64,000 nt of DNA from contig QHUZ01000040.1 of the NCBI GenBank assembly GCA_003223395.1, positions 5,381 through 69,380 of the forward strand. Reading direction: 5' to 3'. Each line of letters begins with the position of its first letter. The first letter of the stretch is position 1. The position numbers were made by a program, and so were the translations under genes. The stretch is from Gemmatimonadota bacterium. GTDB lineage: Bacteria > Gemmatimonadota > Gemmatimonadetes > Gemmatimonadales > GWC2-71-9. Below are positions 44,059 through 52,004 of this stretch, piece after piece. Below the pieces are notes generated by a model. That model ran no database searches. It worked only from the letters and a program-made list of their open reading frames with translations, and was not told the origin of the DNA.

Positions 44059-44609
44059 ATTTTCCCGACGGAGTGCGGCAAAAGCTTTGGGACGCGCTCG
44101 CGCCGCTGCGCGACGCCCGAGAGAAGTTGCCGGTCAAATGGGTGCGTCCCGAGAAAATTCACCTGAGTCTCAAGTTTCTGGGCGACGTGGAGGAAGCGCG
44201 GGAGCCCGAGCTGCGTGAGGCATTGCGGCGCGCGGCGGGAGCGCGCGGCGAGCAACGCCCGCTGACGCTGCAGATCGCTGGTTTCGGCGTGTTTCCGGAC
44301 TATCACCGTCCCCACGTCGTGTGGGCGGGCGTGACGCCCGATCCCGGACTCGAGCTGCTGCAACATGCTGTCGAGCAGGCGTTCGCTCCACTCGCCTTTC
44401 CAACGGAGGCGCGGGCGTTTCGGCCGCACGTAACGCTGGGCCGTGCTGCGCGCGATGCGCGGCCACGCGATTTCACAGGACTCGAAGCGATTCTCGCGGG
44501 AACGGACTTCGACGAAACCGTCACCGTCGCCGAGGTGGACTTGATGCAGAGCACGCTCCAACCCAATGGCCCGGTGTATCAGGTGAGATATCATGAACGG
44601 CTGTCTTAA
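43938..44609 (+). CDS. thpR: RNA 2',3'-cyclic phosphodiesterase ThpR (LigT, 2H phosphoesterase)
   Basis: Two H-x-T/S-x motifs are present (IHLSLKF and PHVTLGR). The family-like N-terminus RAFVALNFP has no canonical start codon just before it. The only in-frame upstream start is GTG 43938, which overlaps larE by 121 nt, so the start is uncertain. Confidence 0.7.
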   Translation: MARSAARRSQHPSLGFGIRARRNRPARLSTGEPVRAFVALNFPDGVRQKLWDALAPLRDAREKLPVKWVRPEKIHLSLKFLGDVEEAREPELREALRRAAGARGEQRPLTLQIAGFGVFPDYHRPHVVWAGVTPDPGLELLQHAVEQAFAPLAFPTEARAFRPHVTLGRAARDARPRDFTGLEAILAGTDFDETVTVAEVDLMQSTLQPNGPVYQVRYHERLS

Positions 44610-45261
44610 GGGCGCCTTCAAGCTCGGCTGCGCCGTCCTCGTGATCGGCGCGCTGGCTCTGGTGTGGTGGTTTCGCGCACCGATCATGTCCACCTTCGCG
44701 CACTGGTTCGGGCGCTCGACGGCGTTGCCGCCGGTGGCCGACACCGCTGTGGGTGCGCCGACGCCGAAGGCAACAGCGTCCGGCCAGGCCAAGGTCGGGA
44801 ACCTTCGAACGAGCACTGGTCCCGACTCGGTCGTGCTCACGCCCAACGAGGTCGCGTCACTGATCGGTGCGGGAATCGATTGGAACGTGCGCAAGACGTA
44901 CGACTCGTTGCGGGTCGAGCTCCAGGAAGGAAAGCTGATTCTGCACGCGCGCCTCGAGACCCGCGCGCTGCCGCCCGGATCACTGGGACCGTTTGCCGGA
45001 ATGTTCGGCGATCGGGAGCCGTTGCGGATGGCCGGGACCTTGTCCGTCGCCAGGCCCGGGACGGCCCTCTACGACATCACCGAAATCAGCCTTCGCGGCA
45101 TCGAGATTCCAGGTCCGTTCGTGAAGCAGATCACGAAGCAAATGGCGGGAGCGTCGGCGAATGGCGCGGTACCGCTGAAGGTGGATCCCGCCGTGTCCGA
45201 CGTGAAGGTGCATCCGACGGGCGTCGTGCTCTACAAGCGACGGGGCAGTGCCACCCCATGA
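44593..45261 (+). CDS. Hypothetical membrane-anchored protein
   Basis: 222 aa with an N-terminal TM (LGCAVLVIGALALVWWF). No family recognised. It overlaps thpR by 17 nt and the next gene by ATGA. Confidence 0.5.
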   Translation: MNGCLKGAFKLGCAVLVIGALALVWWFRAPIMSTFAHWFGRSTALPPVADTAVGAPTPKATASGQAKVGNLRTSTGPDSVVLTPNEVASLIGAGIDWNVRKTYDSLRVELQEGKLILHARLETRALPPGSLGPFAGMFGDREPLRMAGTLSVARPGTALYDITEISLRGIEIPGPFVKQITKQMAGASANGAVPLKVDPAVSDVKVHPTGVVLYKRRGSATP

Positions 45262-46667
45262 GCCCCCGCCGCGTGATGATCGTGGACGACGAGAAGGGCA
45301 TTCGTGAGGCGCTGAAGCAGGTCCTCGAATACGAAGAAATCGAAGTGCAGGCGTGTGCCTCCGGACACGAAGCCATCCGCGTGTATCCCGACTTCAAGCC
45401 CCACCTCGTCTTCCTGGACGTAAAGATGGAAGGGATGGACGGGCTGGAAACGCTGAAGCGCGTCCGGGAGCTGGATCCGCAGGCACAGGTCGTGATGATC
45501 TCGGGCCACGGCACGATCCAGACGGCGGTCGAAGCCACGCAGCTCGGCGCCTACGATTTCCTCGAGAAGCCGCTCGATACCGATCGCATCCTCCTCACGC
45601 TCCGCAACGCGCTACAGCACGTCGTGCTCGTTTCCGAAAACGTGCGGCTCAAGCAGGAAGTCCGCGCGCAGTACGAGATCGTCGGCTCCAGCAAGGCGAT
45701 TCGCGCGGTGATCGGCCTGATCGAGAAGGTCGCGCCCACGCCGGCGCGCGTCTTGATCACCGGCGATAACGGCACCGGCAAGGAGCTCGTCGCGCGCGCG
45801 ATTCACGCGCTCAGCCCGCGCGCCGCCGGTCCGTTCGTCGCGGTCAACTGTGCCGCGATTCCGACGGAGCTGATCGAAAGCGAGCTGTTCGGCCACATGA
45901 AGGGGAGCTTCACCGGCGCGTTCGCCGATCGCGCCGGCAAGTTCGAGCTGGCGGACGGCGGCACGCTGTTTCTCGACGAAATCGGCGATATGAGCCTGTC
46001 GGCGCAGGCGAAGGTGCTGCGCGCCCTGCAGGAAGGCGTGATCTCCCGCGTCGGATCCGGCAAGGCGCTGCCCGTGGATGTGCGCGTCATCGCGGCCACG
46101 AACAAGAATCTCGGCGCGGAAATCGAGGAGGGCCGGTTTCGCGAGGACTTGCTCTACCGGCTCAACGTCGTGCCGATCCATGTGCCGCCACTCCGCGAGC
46201 GACGGGGTGACATTGCGCAGCTGATCACGCATTTCTCCGACGAGCTGATGCAGCGCGGCGGGCTTCCCGCCAAAGGGTTCGATGACGCCGCGGTCGAGCG
46301 GCTGACGGCGCACGACTGGCCCGGCAACATTCGGGAGCTCAAGAACGCGGTCGAGCGGCTACTGATACTTGCGAGCGGCGCGAACGTGAGCCAGAACGAT
46401 GTGGAGCGACTCGTGGGGAAGGGGGACGCGGGAAGGGGCAAGGGGTCGAGCCTCGGCGCCGGTGGCGGCGACGCCGCGTGGCTGCGGGTCGCGACGTTCG
46501 AGGAGTTCAAGCAGGCGGCGGAGCGGGCGTTCCTGCTCGGTAAACTTCAGGAGCACGACTGGAACGTGTCGGAGACCGCCCGCACGCTGCAGATGCCGCG
46601 CAGTAACCTGTACAAGAAGATCGAGCGGTACGGATTGGCGCGTGGTGGCGAAGGAGCAGTCTCATGA
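45258..46667 (+). CDS. Sigma-54-dependent response regulator (NtrC/NtrX family)
   Basis: Internal ATG 45258 of track ORF 44664..46667. Receiver domain (VMIVDDE...FLDVKMEGMDG), AAA+ Walker A GDNGTGKE, ESELFGHMKGSFTGA (a GAFTGA-type loop), FLDEIGDM, and a C-terminal Fis-type HTH (NVSETARTLQMPRSNLYKKI). Confidence 0.9.
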   Translation: MSPRRVMIVDDEKGIREALKQVLEYEEIEVQACASGHEAIRVYPDFKPHLVFLDVKMEGMDGLETLKRVRELDPQAQVVMISGHGTIQTAVEATQLGAYDFLEKPLDTDRILLTLRNALQHVVLVSENVRLKQEVRAQYEIVGSSKAIRAVIGLIEKVAPTPARVLITGDNGTGKELVARAIHALSPRAAGPFVAVNCAAIPTELIESELFGHMKGSFTGAFADRAGKFELADGGTLFLDEIGDMSLSAQAKVLRALQEGVISRVGSGKALPVDVRVIAATNKNLGAEIEEGRFREDLLYRLNVVPIHVPPLRERRGDIAQLITHFSDELMQRGGLPAKGFDDAAVERLTAHDWPGNIRELKNAVERLLILASGANVSQNDVERLVGKGDAGRGKGSSLGAGGGDAAWLRVATFEEFKQAAERAFLLGKLQEHDWNVSETARTLQMPRSNLYKKIERYGLARGGEGAVS

Positions 46668-47146
46668 AAGAGAAGGACGCAAAAGAGCGCGATTGGGATC
46701 GCGAGATGCGCGAGGTGGACAAGCTGCTCGCGAAGTTGCCGGAGGCCGAGCCCACGCTCGGCCACGGCGTGCCCACGGTGCCGGTCTCGCCTCGCCCGTC
46801 GGCCGGCGTAGCGGCTTCCGGAGGATTCCAGCCTGGCCCGGCACGGGGACGCGCCTGGCTTACCACGTGGCTGCGCGTGAGTCTCGGTTTGGGGCTGGGC
46901 ATTGGCATGCTTGTGTGGCCGTACACCCACGCCTGCGGATTGAAGCTGGTGTTCTATCTTATTGGCGCCACGACGGTGACGATCGCCGGGGTCTGGAGCG
47001 CGCTGACGTCGTGGAAACGGCGGCTTGGCATTGCGCACACGCTGTCGATCATCCTGATCGTCTGGGGTCTCGGATTGGCCGGCCGCCAACTCTTGCCGCG
47101 CCTGTACGGAAAGACTCCAGTTCCATTCTTCTGCCCCGAACCGTGA
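46664..47146 (+). CDS. Hypothetical membrane protein
   Basis: 160 aa. A charged N-terminus is followed by 3-4 TMs (WLRVSLGLGLGIGMLVW, LVFYLIGATTVTIAGVW, LSIILIVWGLGLA). ATGA overlap with the regulator's stop. Confidence 0.5.
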   Translation: MKEKDAKERDWDREMREVDKLLAKLPEAEPTLGHGVPTVPVSPRPSAGVAASGGFQPGPARGRAWLTTWLRVSLGLGLGIGMLVWPYTHACGLKLVFYLIGATTVTIAGVWSALTSWKRRLGIAHTLSIILIVWGLGLAGRQLLPRLYGKTPVPFFCPEP

Positions 47147-47151
47147 AAGCC

Positions 47152-48654
47152 ATGGCTCCTTCCGAATTCAAGAACTTCATCGCCGGCGATTGGGTCAGTC
47201 CCTCGACGGGCGAGTACTTCGAGAATCGCAACCCCGCCGACTGGAATGACGTGATCGGCCGGTTCCCGCGGTCGGGCCCCGACGACTTGAAGCGCGCGAT
47301 CGCGTCGGCCAAGCGCGGCTTCGCCCAGTGGTCCAAGACGCCGGCGCCGATTCGCGGGCAAGTGTTGCAACGCGCCGGCCAGCTCCTCGTCGAGCGCAAG
47401 GATGCCATCGCCCGCGCGATGACGCGCGAAATGGGCAAAGTGGTCGCCGAGACCGGCGGCGACGTCCAGGAGGGGATCGACACGGCGTTCTATGCGGCGA
47501 CGGAGGGCCGCCGGCTGTTCGGGCGGGTCGTCCCGTCCGAGCTGCGCAGCAAGTGGGCGATGAGCTATCGCCGTCCGATCGGGATCGCGGGACTCATCAC
47601 CCCGTTCAATTTCCCGCTCGCGATCCCCACGTGGAAAATGTTTCCCGCCCTGCTGTGCGGGAACGCGGTGATCTTCAAACCGGCGGAGGACGTGCCACAC
47701 ACGGCGCACCTGCTCGTCGAGGTGTTGCTCGAGGCGGGCCTGCCGCCGGAGGTCGTGCAGCTGGTACACGGCCAGGGCTCGGTGGTGGGTCGCGCGCTCG
47801 TCGAGCACGCCGACGTGCCGGTCATCTCGTTCACCGGTTCGACGGAAACCGGCTCCGCGATCGGCGCGACGTGCGGCAAGATGCACAAGCGGTTGTCGCT
47901 CGAAATGGGCGGGAAGAACGCGATGATCGTGATGGACGATGCCGATCTGGATCTGGCGCTCGACGGAGTGCTGTGGGGCGCATTCGGCACGACGGGGCAG
48001 CGCTGTACGGCGACCAGCCGGCTCATCCTGCACGACAAGGTCCACGACCGGTTCGTGCAAATGCTGACCGACCGCGCCGCGAAGCTGCGGCTTGGCCCCG
48101 GTCTCGACAACAAGACGGACGTCGGCCCCTTGATCCACGAAGAGGCGCGGCAGAAGGTCGCAGAGTACGTCGACATCGCCAAGCAGGAAGGTGCAAGCGT
48201 GGCGCTCGGCGGACGGATTCCGCAGGGGGACAAGCGGCTCGAGTGCGGCTGGTTCTATGAGCCGACGGTGCTCACCGGCGTGAAGCCGGGGATGCGCGTC
48301 GAGCAGGAAGAGATTTTTGGCCCCGTCCTCGCCGTCCTGAAGGCGAAGGACCTGACCGAAGCGATCCGCATCAACAACGGGGTGAAGTACGGGCTGTCCA
48401 GCTCGCTCTACACGCGCGACATCAACGGCGCGTTCCAGGCCATGACCGATCTGGACACGGGCATCACCTACGTCAACGCGCCCACGATCGGCGCGGAGGC
48501 ACACCTCCCCTTTGGCGGCGTAAAGCAGACCGGCAACGGACACCGCGAGGGGGGGTGGGAAGTCTACGACTTCTACTCCGAGACGAAGACGATTTACGTC
48601 GACTACTCGGGCACACTGCAACGGGCGCAAATCGACACGGAGTTCAGCCCTTGA
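47152..48654 (+). CDS. NAD(P)-dependent aldehyde dehydrogenase family protein
   Basis: Internal ATG 47152 of track ORF 46399..48654. Motifs: FTGSTETG, LEMGGKNA, catalytic Cys GQRCTATSR, EEIFGPV. Confidence 0.9.
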   Translation: MAPSEFKNFIAGDWVSPSTGEYFENRNPADWNDVIGRFPRSGPDDLKRAIASAKRGFAQWSKTPAPIRGQVLQRAGQLLVERKDAIARAMTREMGKVVAETGGDVQEGIDTAFYAATEGRRLFGRVVPSELRSKWAMSYRRPIGIAGLITPFNFPLAIPTWKMFPALLCGNAVIFKPAEDVPHTAHLLVEVLLEAGLPPEVVQLVHGQGSVVGRALVEHADVPVISFTGSTETGSAIGATCGKMHKRLSLEMGGKNAMIVMDDADLDLALDGVLWGAFGTTGQRCTATSRLILHDKVHDRFVQMLTDRAAKLRLGPGLDNKTDVGPLIHEEARQKVAEYVDIAKQEGASVALGGRIPQGDKRLECGWFYEPTVLTGVKPGMRVEQEEIFGPVLAVLKAKDLTEAIRINNGVKYGLSSSLYTRDINGAFQAMTDLDTGITYVNAPTIGAEAHLPFGGVKQTGNGHREGGWEVYDFYSETKTIYVDYSGTLQRAQIDTEFSP

Positions 48655-48830
48655 CGGCGGCAGTACCGGAGGAGTAGACTAGGCTTACAACTGAAGACTC
48701 GTGGTCATTTGCCGCGTATTGCCGCCACGTTAAACAAGGTGCTAAAAAGCGAACTCGCCCGCGGCTTTATTAGTCCGGGCGACGGTCGTTTTAGGAATCG
48801 CTTTCTCGCGGCGCTTACGCCGGAGGTGCG

Positions 48831-49739
48831 ATGACCGCCCGCAAAGTCACAGTCGCCACGTTGTCCGCGTTGAAAGCCCGGAGCGAAAAGGCGGTGTTTG
48901 TCACCGCGTACGATTATCCCACCGCGACATTCGCCGATCGCGCGGGTGTCGACATGATTCTGGTGGGCGATTCCGCGGCGATGACGATGCTGGGCCTGCC
49001 GAGCACGCTGCAGATCGGACTCGACGAAATGCTCGTATTCATCCGTGCGGTCACGCGCGCGGCGCAGCACGCGTTTGTGATCGGCGACCTGCCGTTCCTG
49101 TCCTATCAGCCATCCGACGAAACCGCGATCCGGAGCGCGGGGGCATTCATCGCTGCGGGATGTGACGCGGTGAAATGCGAAGGCGGCGCACGCGTCGCGC
49201 CGCGCGTGCGGGCGATGGTCGATGCCGGCATTGCCGTGATGGGTCACCTGGGCCTCACGCCCCAGAACCTCGGCCAGCTCGGTGGTTACCGCGTTCAGGG
49301 GAAATCGTTAGCCGCGGCGGAGCAGCTGCTTCGTGACGCAGAATCGCTGGAGCGCGCCGGCGTGTTTGCGATTTTGCTCGAGGCCGTCCCCGCGGAGACG
49401 GCGGCGTTCGTGCGCGAGCGCGTTGGGGATGGCGTGCTCGTCTACGGGATCGGCGCCGGCCCCCACGTGGACGGGCAGCTCGTCATTTCGCACGACATGC
49501 TCGGCAACTTCGTCGGCGAGATCGCGCCCCGGTTCGTGAAGCGCTATGCCGAGGTCGGCGGCGTGGTCGAAGGTGCCTTCCGCGACTACGCCCGGGACGT
49601 ACGTGCCGGCGTGTTCCCGGGTCCCGAGCATTGCTATCAGATCGATCCCGCCGACGAGGCGCTGATACGCGCGGCCCGCACGACCCGCACAGTCCGACCG
49701 GCGTCGCGAGCGACGCCGGTGGTGGAGGTCCGGCCGTGA
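48831..49739 (+). CDS. panB: 3-methyl-2-oxobutanoate hydroxymethyltransferase PanB
   Basis: 302 aa. Motifs: YDYPTA, ILVGDSAAMTMLG, VKCEGG, MGHLGLTPQ. GGAGG lies 5 nt upstream of the ATG. Confidence 0.9.
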   Translation: MTARKVTVATLSALKARSEKAVFVTAYDYPTATFADRAGVDMILVGDSAAMTMLGLPSTLQIGLDEMLVFIRAVTRAAQHAFVIGDLPFLSYQPSDETAIRSAGAFIAAGCDAVKCEGGARVAPRVRAMVDAGIAVMGHLGLTPQNLGQLGGYRVQGKSLAAAEQLLRDAESLERAGVFAILLEAVPAETAAFVRERVGDGVLVYGIGAGPHVDGQLVISHDMLGNFVGEIAPRFVKRYAEVGGVVEGAFRDYARDVRAGVFPGPEHCYQIDPADEALIRAARTTRTVRPASRATPVVEVRP

Positions 49740-50746
49740 CGACCAGTGTCGCCGCGCCGCTGGGGCTCCGACCACGGCCGCAGGTGTGCCGCGCCTGCGG
49801 AGCGCTACACGCGCCCGCGCCGATCGCAGTGTGCGAGCAGTGCCTCGGCCCGCTCGATCCTGTTTTCGATGCCGCCCGCGTGACTCCCACCCGGGACGCG
49901 ATTGCCGCGCGCCCCTGGTCACTGTGGCGCTACCGCGAGTGGCTGCCCTTTGACGGTGAGCCGGTGCTCTCGCTCGACACGGGTGGGACGCCGCTCGTGG
50001 AAGCGCCGCGACTCGCCCCGCTGCTCGGCGTAGCGCGCGTCTGGGTCAAGAACGACGCGGTCTCACATCCGTCGTTGTCGTTCAAGGATCGCGTGGTCGC
50101 GACGGCGATCAATGCGGCCGCCGCGTTCGGGCTCGACACGATCGGCTGCGCCTCCACCGGCAATCTGGCAAACGCCGTCGCGGCGCAGGCCGCCCGCGCC
50201 GGTCTCAAGGCGTGGATCTTCATCCCCGAAGACCTCGAGGCGGCCAAGATCGTCGGGACCGCGGTGTACGGCGCGCGGCTGGTCCGCGTGCGCGGTCACT
50301 ACGACGACGTGAATCGTCTCTGCGCGCAGGTGGCCGATCTGTTCGGCTGGGGCATCGTCAACGTCAACCTGCGCGGCTATTACGGCGAGGGCTCAAAGAC
50401 GATGGCGTTCGAGATTGCGGAGCAGCTGGGGTGGCGGCTGCCGACCGCGGTCGTCGCGCCGATGGCCGGCGGTTCGCTCGTTACGAAGCTGCGCAAGGGG
50501 TTCCGGGAGTTCGCCGCGGCGGGACTGGTGAGCGGGGGCGCCCCCCGCATGTTCGGCGCCCAGGCGTCGGGTTGCGCGCCGATCGTTCGGCTTGTGCGCG
50601 AGGACGCAGACGCGGTCGAGCCCGTCGTGCCGCACACCATCGCCCGGTCGATCGCGATCGGGAATCCCGCCGACGGGCTATTCGCCAAGCGTGCCATTCT
50701 CGAGCGGTTATCGCGCCACGCGTTGCGGAAGTGCGCGCTTTGGTAA
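49736..50746 (+). CDS. Threonine synthase-like PLP enzyme (ThrC/MetM-type) with N-terminal Zn-ribbon; C-terminus truncated relative to the family
   Basis: GTG 49736 forms a GTGA overlap with the panB stop, inside track ORF 49631..50746. Motifs: CRACG...CEQC, PLP-Lys SLSFKDR, CASTGN, PMAGGS, GAQASGCAPI, IAIGNPADG. The ORF stops about 25 codons after GNPA, where I recall about 85 more residues in the family. Confidence 0.7.
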   Translation: MTTSVAAPLGLRPRPQVCRACGALHAPAPIAVCEQCLGPLDPVFDAARVTPTRDAIAARPWSLWRYREWLPFDGEPVLSLDTGGTPLVEAPRLAPLLGVARVWVKNDAVSHPSLSFKDRVVATAINAAAAFGLDTIGCASTGNLANAVAAQAARAGLKAWIFIPEDLEAAKIVGTAVYGARLVRVRGHYDDVNRLCAQVADLFGWGIVNVNLRGYYGEGSKTMAFEIAEQLGWRLPTAVVAPMAGGSLVTKLRKGFREFAAAGLVSGGAPRMFGAQASGCAPIVRLVREDADAVEPVVPHTIARSIAIGNPADGLFAKRAILERLSRHALRKCALW

Positions 50747-50762
50747 AGGGGGAAGGCCTCGC

Positions 50763-51713
50763 ATGACCGCACGCGTGCGCGTGCCGGCGAGCTCGAGCAA
50801 TCTGGGCGCGGGATTCGACTGCGTCGGCGTGGCGATCGACCGCTGGCTGGCCGCGTCGGTGACGCTAGAGAGATCGGGGGGCTTCTCGATCCGGCGGCGC
50901 GGGAAACTGAGCGCCGTCAAAGTCCGGCCCGATCAAGATCTTTTCACTCGGGGGTTCCGCGCCGCATGCGCCGCCGGCGGCGCCGTCACACCCGCCGGCG
51001 TGACGATCGATGCCACCTCTGACATTCCGGTCGGTTGTGGTCTCGGCTCGTCGGCGGCGGCAATCGTTGCCGGCGCCATGCTCGCGGATGCCGCGCTGGG
51101 ATTGGGTCTGTCGCGCGCTCAGGTGCTGGAGGTCGGCACAACGATCGAGGGTCATCCCGACAACATTGCGCCGGCCATCTACGGTGGCGCTGTGTTGAGC
51201 GTTCACACGGCCGCGGGATTGGCGACATCGCCGCTGCTCGTCGCGCCCGGTATCGAGCTGCTGATTGCGGTGCCGCCGTTCCCGAACGACACGAAGGCGG
51301 CGCGCGCCGCTCTGCCACACACGTTGCCACACACGGATGCGGTAGTCGCTGCCGGTCGCGCAGCTGCGCTGGTGCAGGGCCTCGCCACCGGTGCCGCCGC
51401 GCTGCTCGCCGCGGCGCTCGACGACGTGCTGCATGTGCCGTTCCGGCGCGGGCGCATTCCCGGCTACGACGCCGTCGTGGCCGCGGCAAAGCAGGCCGGC
51501 GCGTACGGTGCGACGCTGTCCGGCGCCGGATCGGCGATCGTCGCCATCGCGCCGCGCGAGCGGTCGGGTCCCGTCGGGGCCGCGATGATCGCCGCGTGGC
51601 GCGAAATCGGCATTGCTGCCGAACTCATCACATGCCCGAGTCCCGTCGCGGGTGCCATGGTGACCGCATCACCACGCACCACGCACCACGTCCCACTCAC
51701 GAGTCAGCTGTGA
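50763..51713 (+). CDS. thrB: Homoserine kinase ThrB (GHMP kinase)
   Basis: Internal ATG 50763 of track ORF 50592..51713. Motifs: VPASSSNLGAGFD, the GHMP motif PVGCGLGSSAAAIVA, and HPDNIAPA. Confidence 0.88.
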   Translation: MTARVRVPASSSNLGAGFDCVGVAIDRWLAASVTLERSGGFSIRRRGKLSAVKVRPDQDLFTRGFRAACAAGGAVTPAGVTIDATSDIPVGCGLGSSAAAIVAGAMLADAALGLGLSRAQVLEVGTTIEGHPDNIAPAIYGGAVLSVHTAAGLATSPLLVAPGIELLIAVPPFPNDTKAARAALPHTLPHTDAVVAAGRAAALVQGLATGAAALLAAALDDVLHVPFRRGRIPGYDAVVAAAKQAGAYGATLSGAGSAIVAIAPRERSGPVGAAMIAAWREIGIAAELITCPSPVAGAMVTASPRTTHHVPLTSQL

Positions 51714-51726
51714 CGAAGGAGATCCC

Positions 51727-52002
51727 ATGAGCGTGACACTGCAACTGCCGACGGTACTCGCAAAACTCGCCGATGGCCGGCGTTCCCTCGAAGCGGAAGG
51801 AGCGACGTTGGGCGATGTCGTCGCCGACGTGGCAGCCCGGTTCCCCGGGCTCGCGCCGCGTCTGCGAGATGACGCCGGCAAGCCCTATCCCTTCGTGACG
51901 TTTTACGTGAACGACGACGACGCCAGATTCCAGGGCGGGTTTGCGGCCAGCGTGCGTGACGGCGATGAGATCATCGTCGTCCCGGCCATCGCGGGAGGTT
52001 GA
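51727..52002 (+). CDS. MoaD/ThiS-family ubiquitin-like sulfur-carrier protein (C-terminal Gly-Gly)
   Basis: 91 aa, ending DGDEIIVVPAIAGG*, the beta-grasp carrier hallmark. Confidence 0.85.
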   Translation: MSVTLQLPTVLAKLADGRRSLEAEGATLGDVVADVAARFPGLAPRLRDDAGKPYPFVTFYVNDDDARFQGGFAASVRDGDEIIVVPAIAGG

Positions 52003-52004
52003 CC

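Noticed and set aside
50212-50766. Track ORF 50212..50766 (184 aa) as an independent gene.
   Set aside because: It is an alternative frame of the ThrC-like gene with Arg-rich junk composition. Only its last roughly 20 codons are of interest, as the possible original 3' end of the ThrC-like gene.
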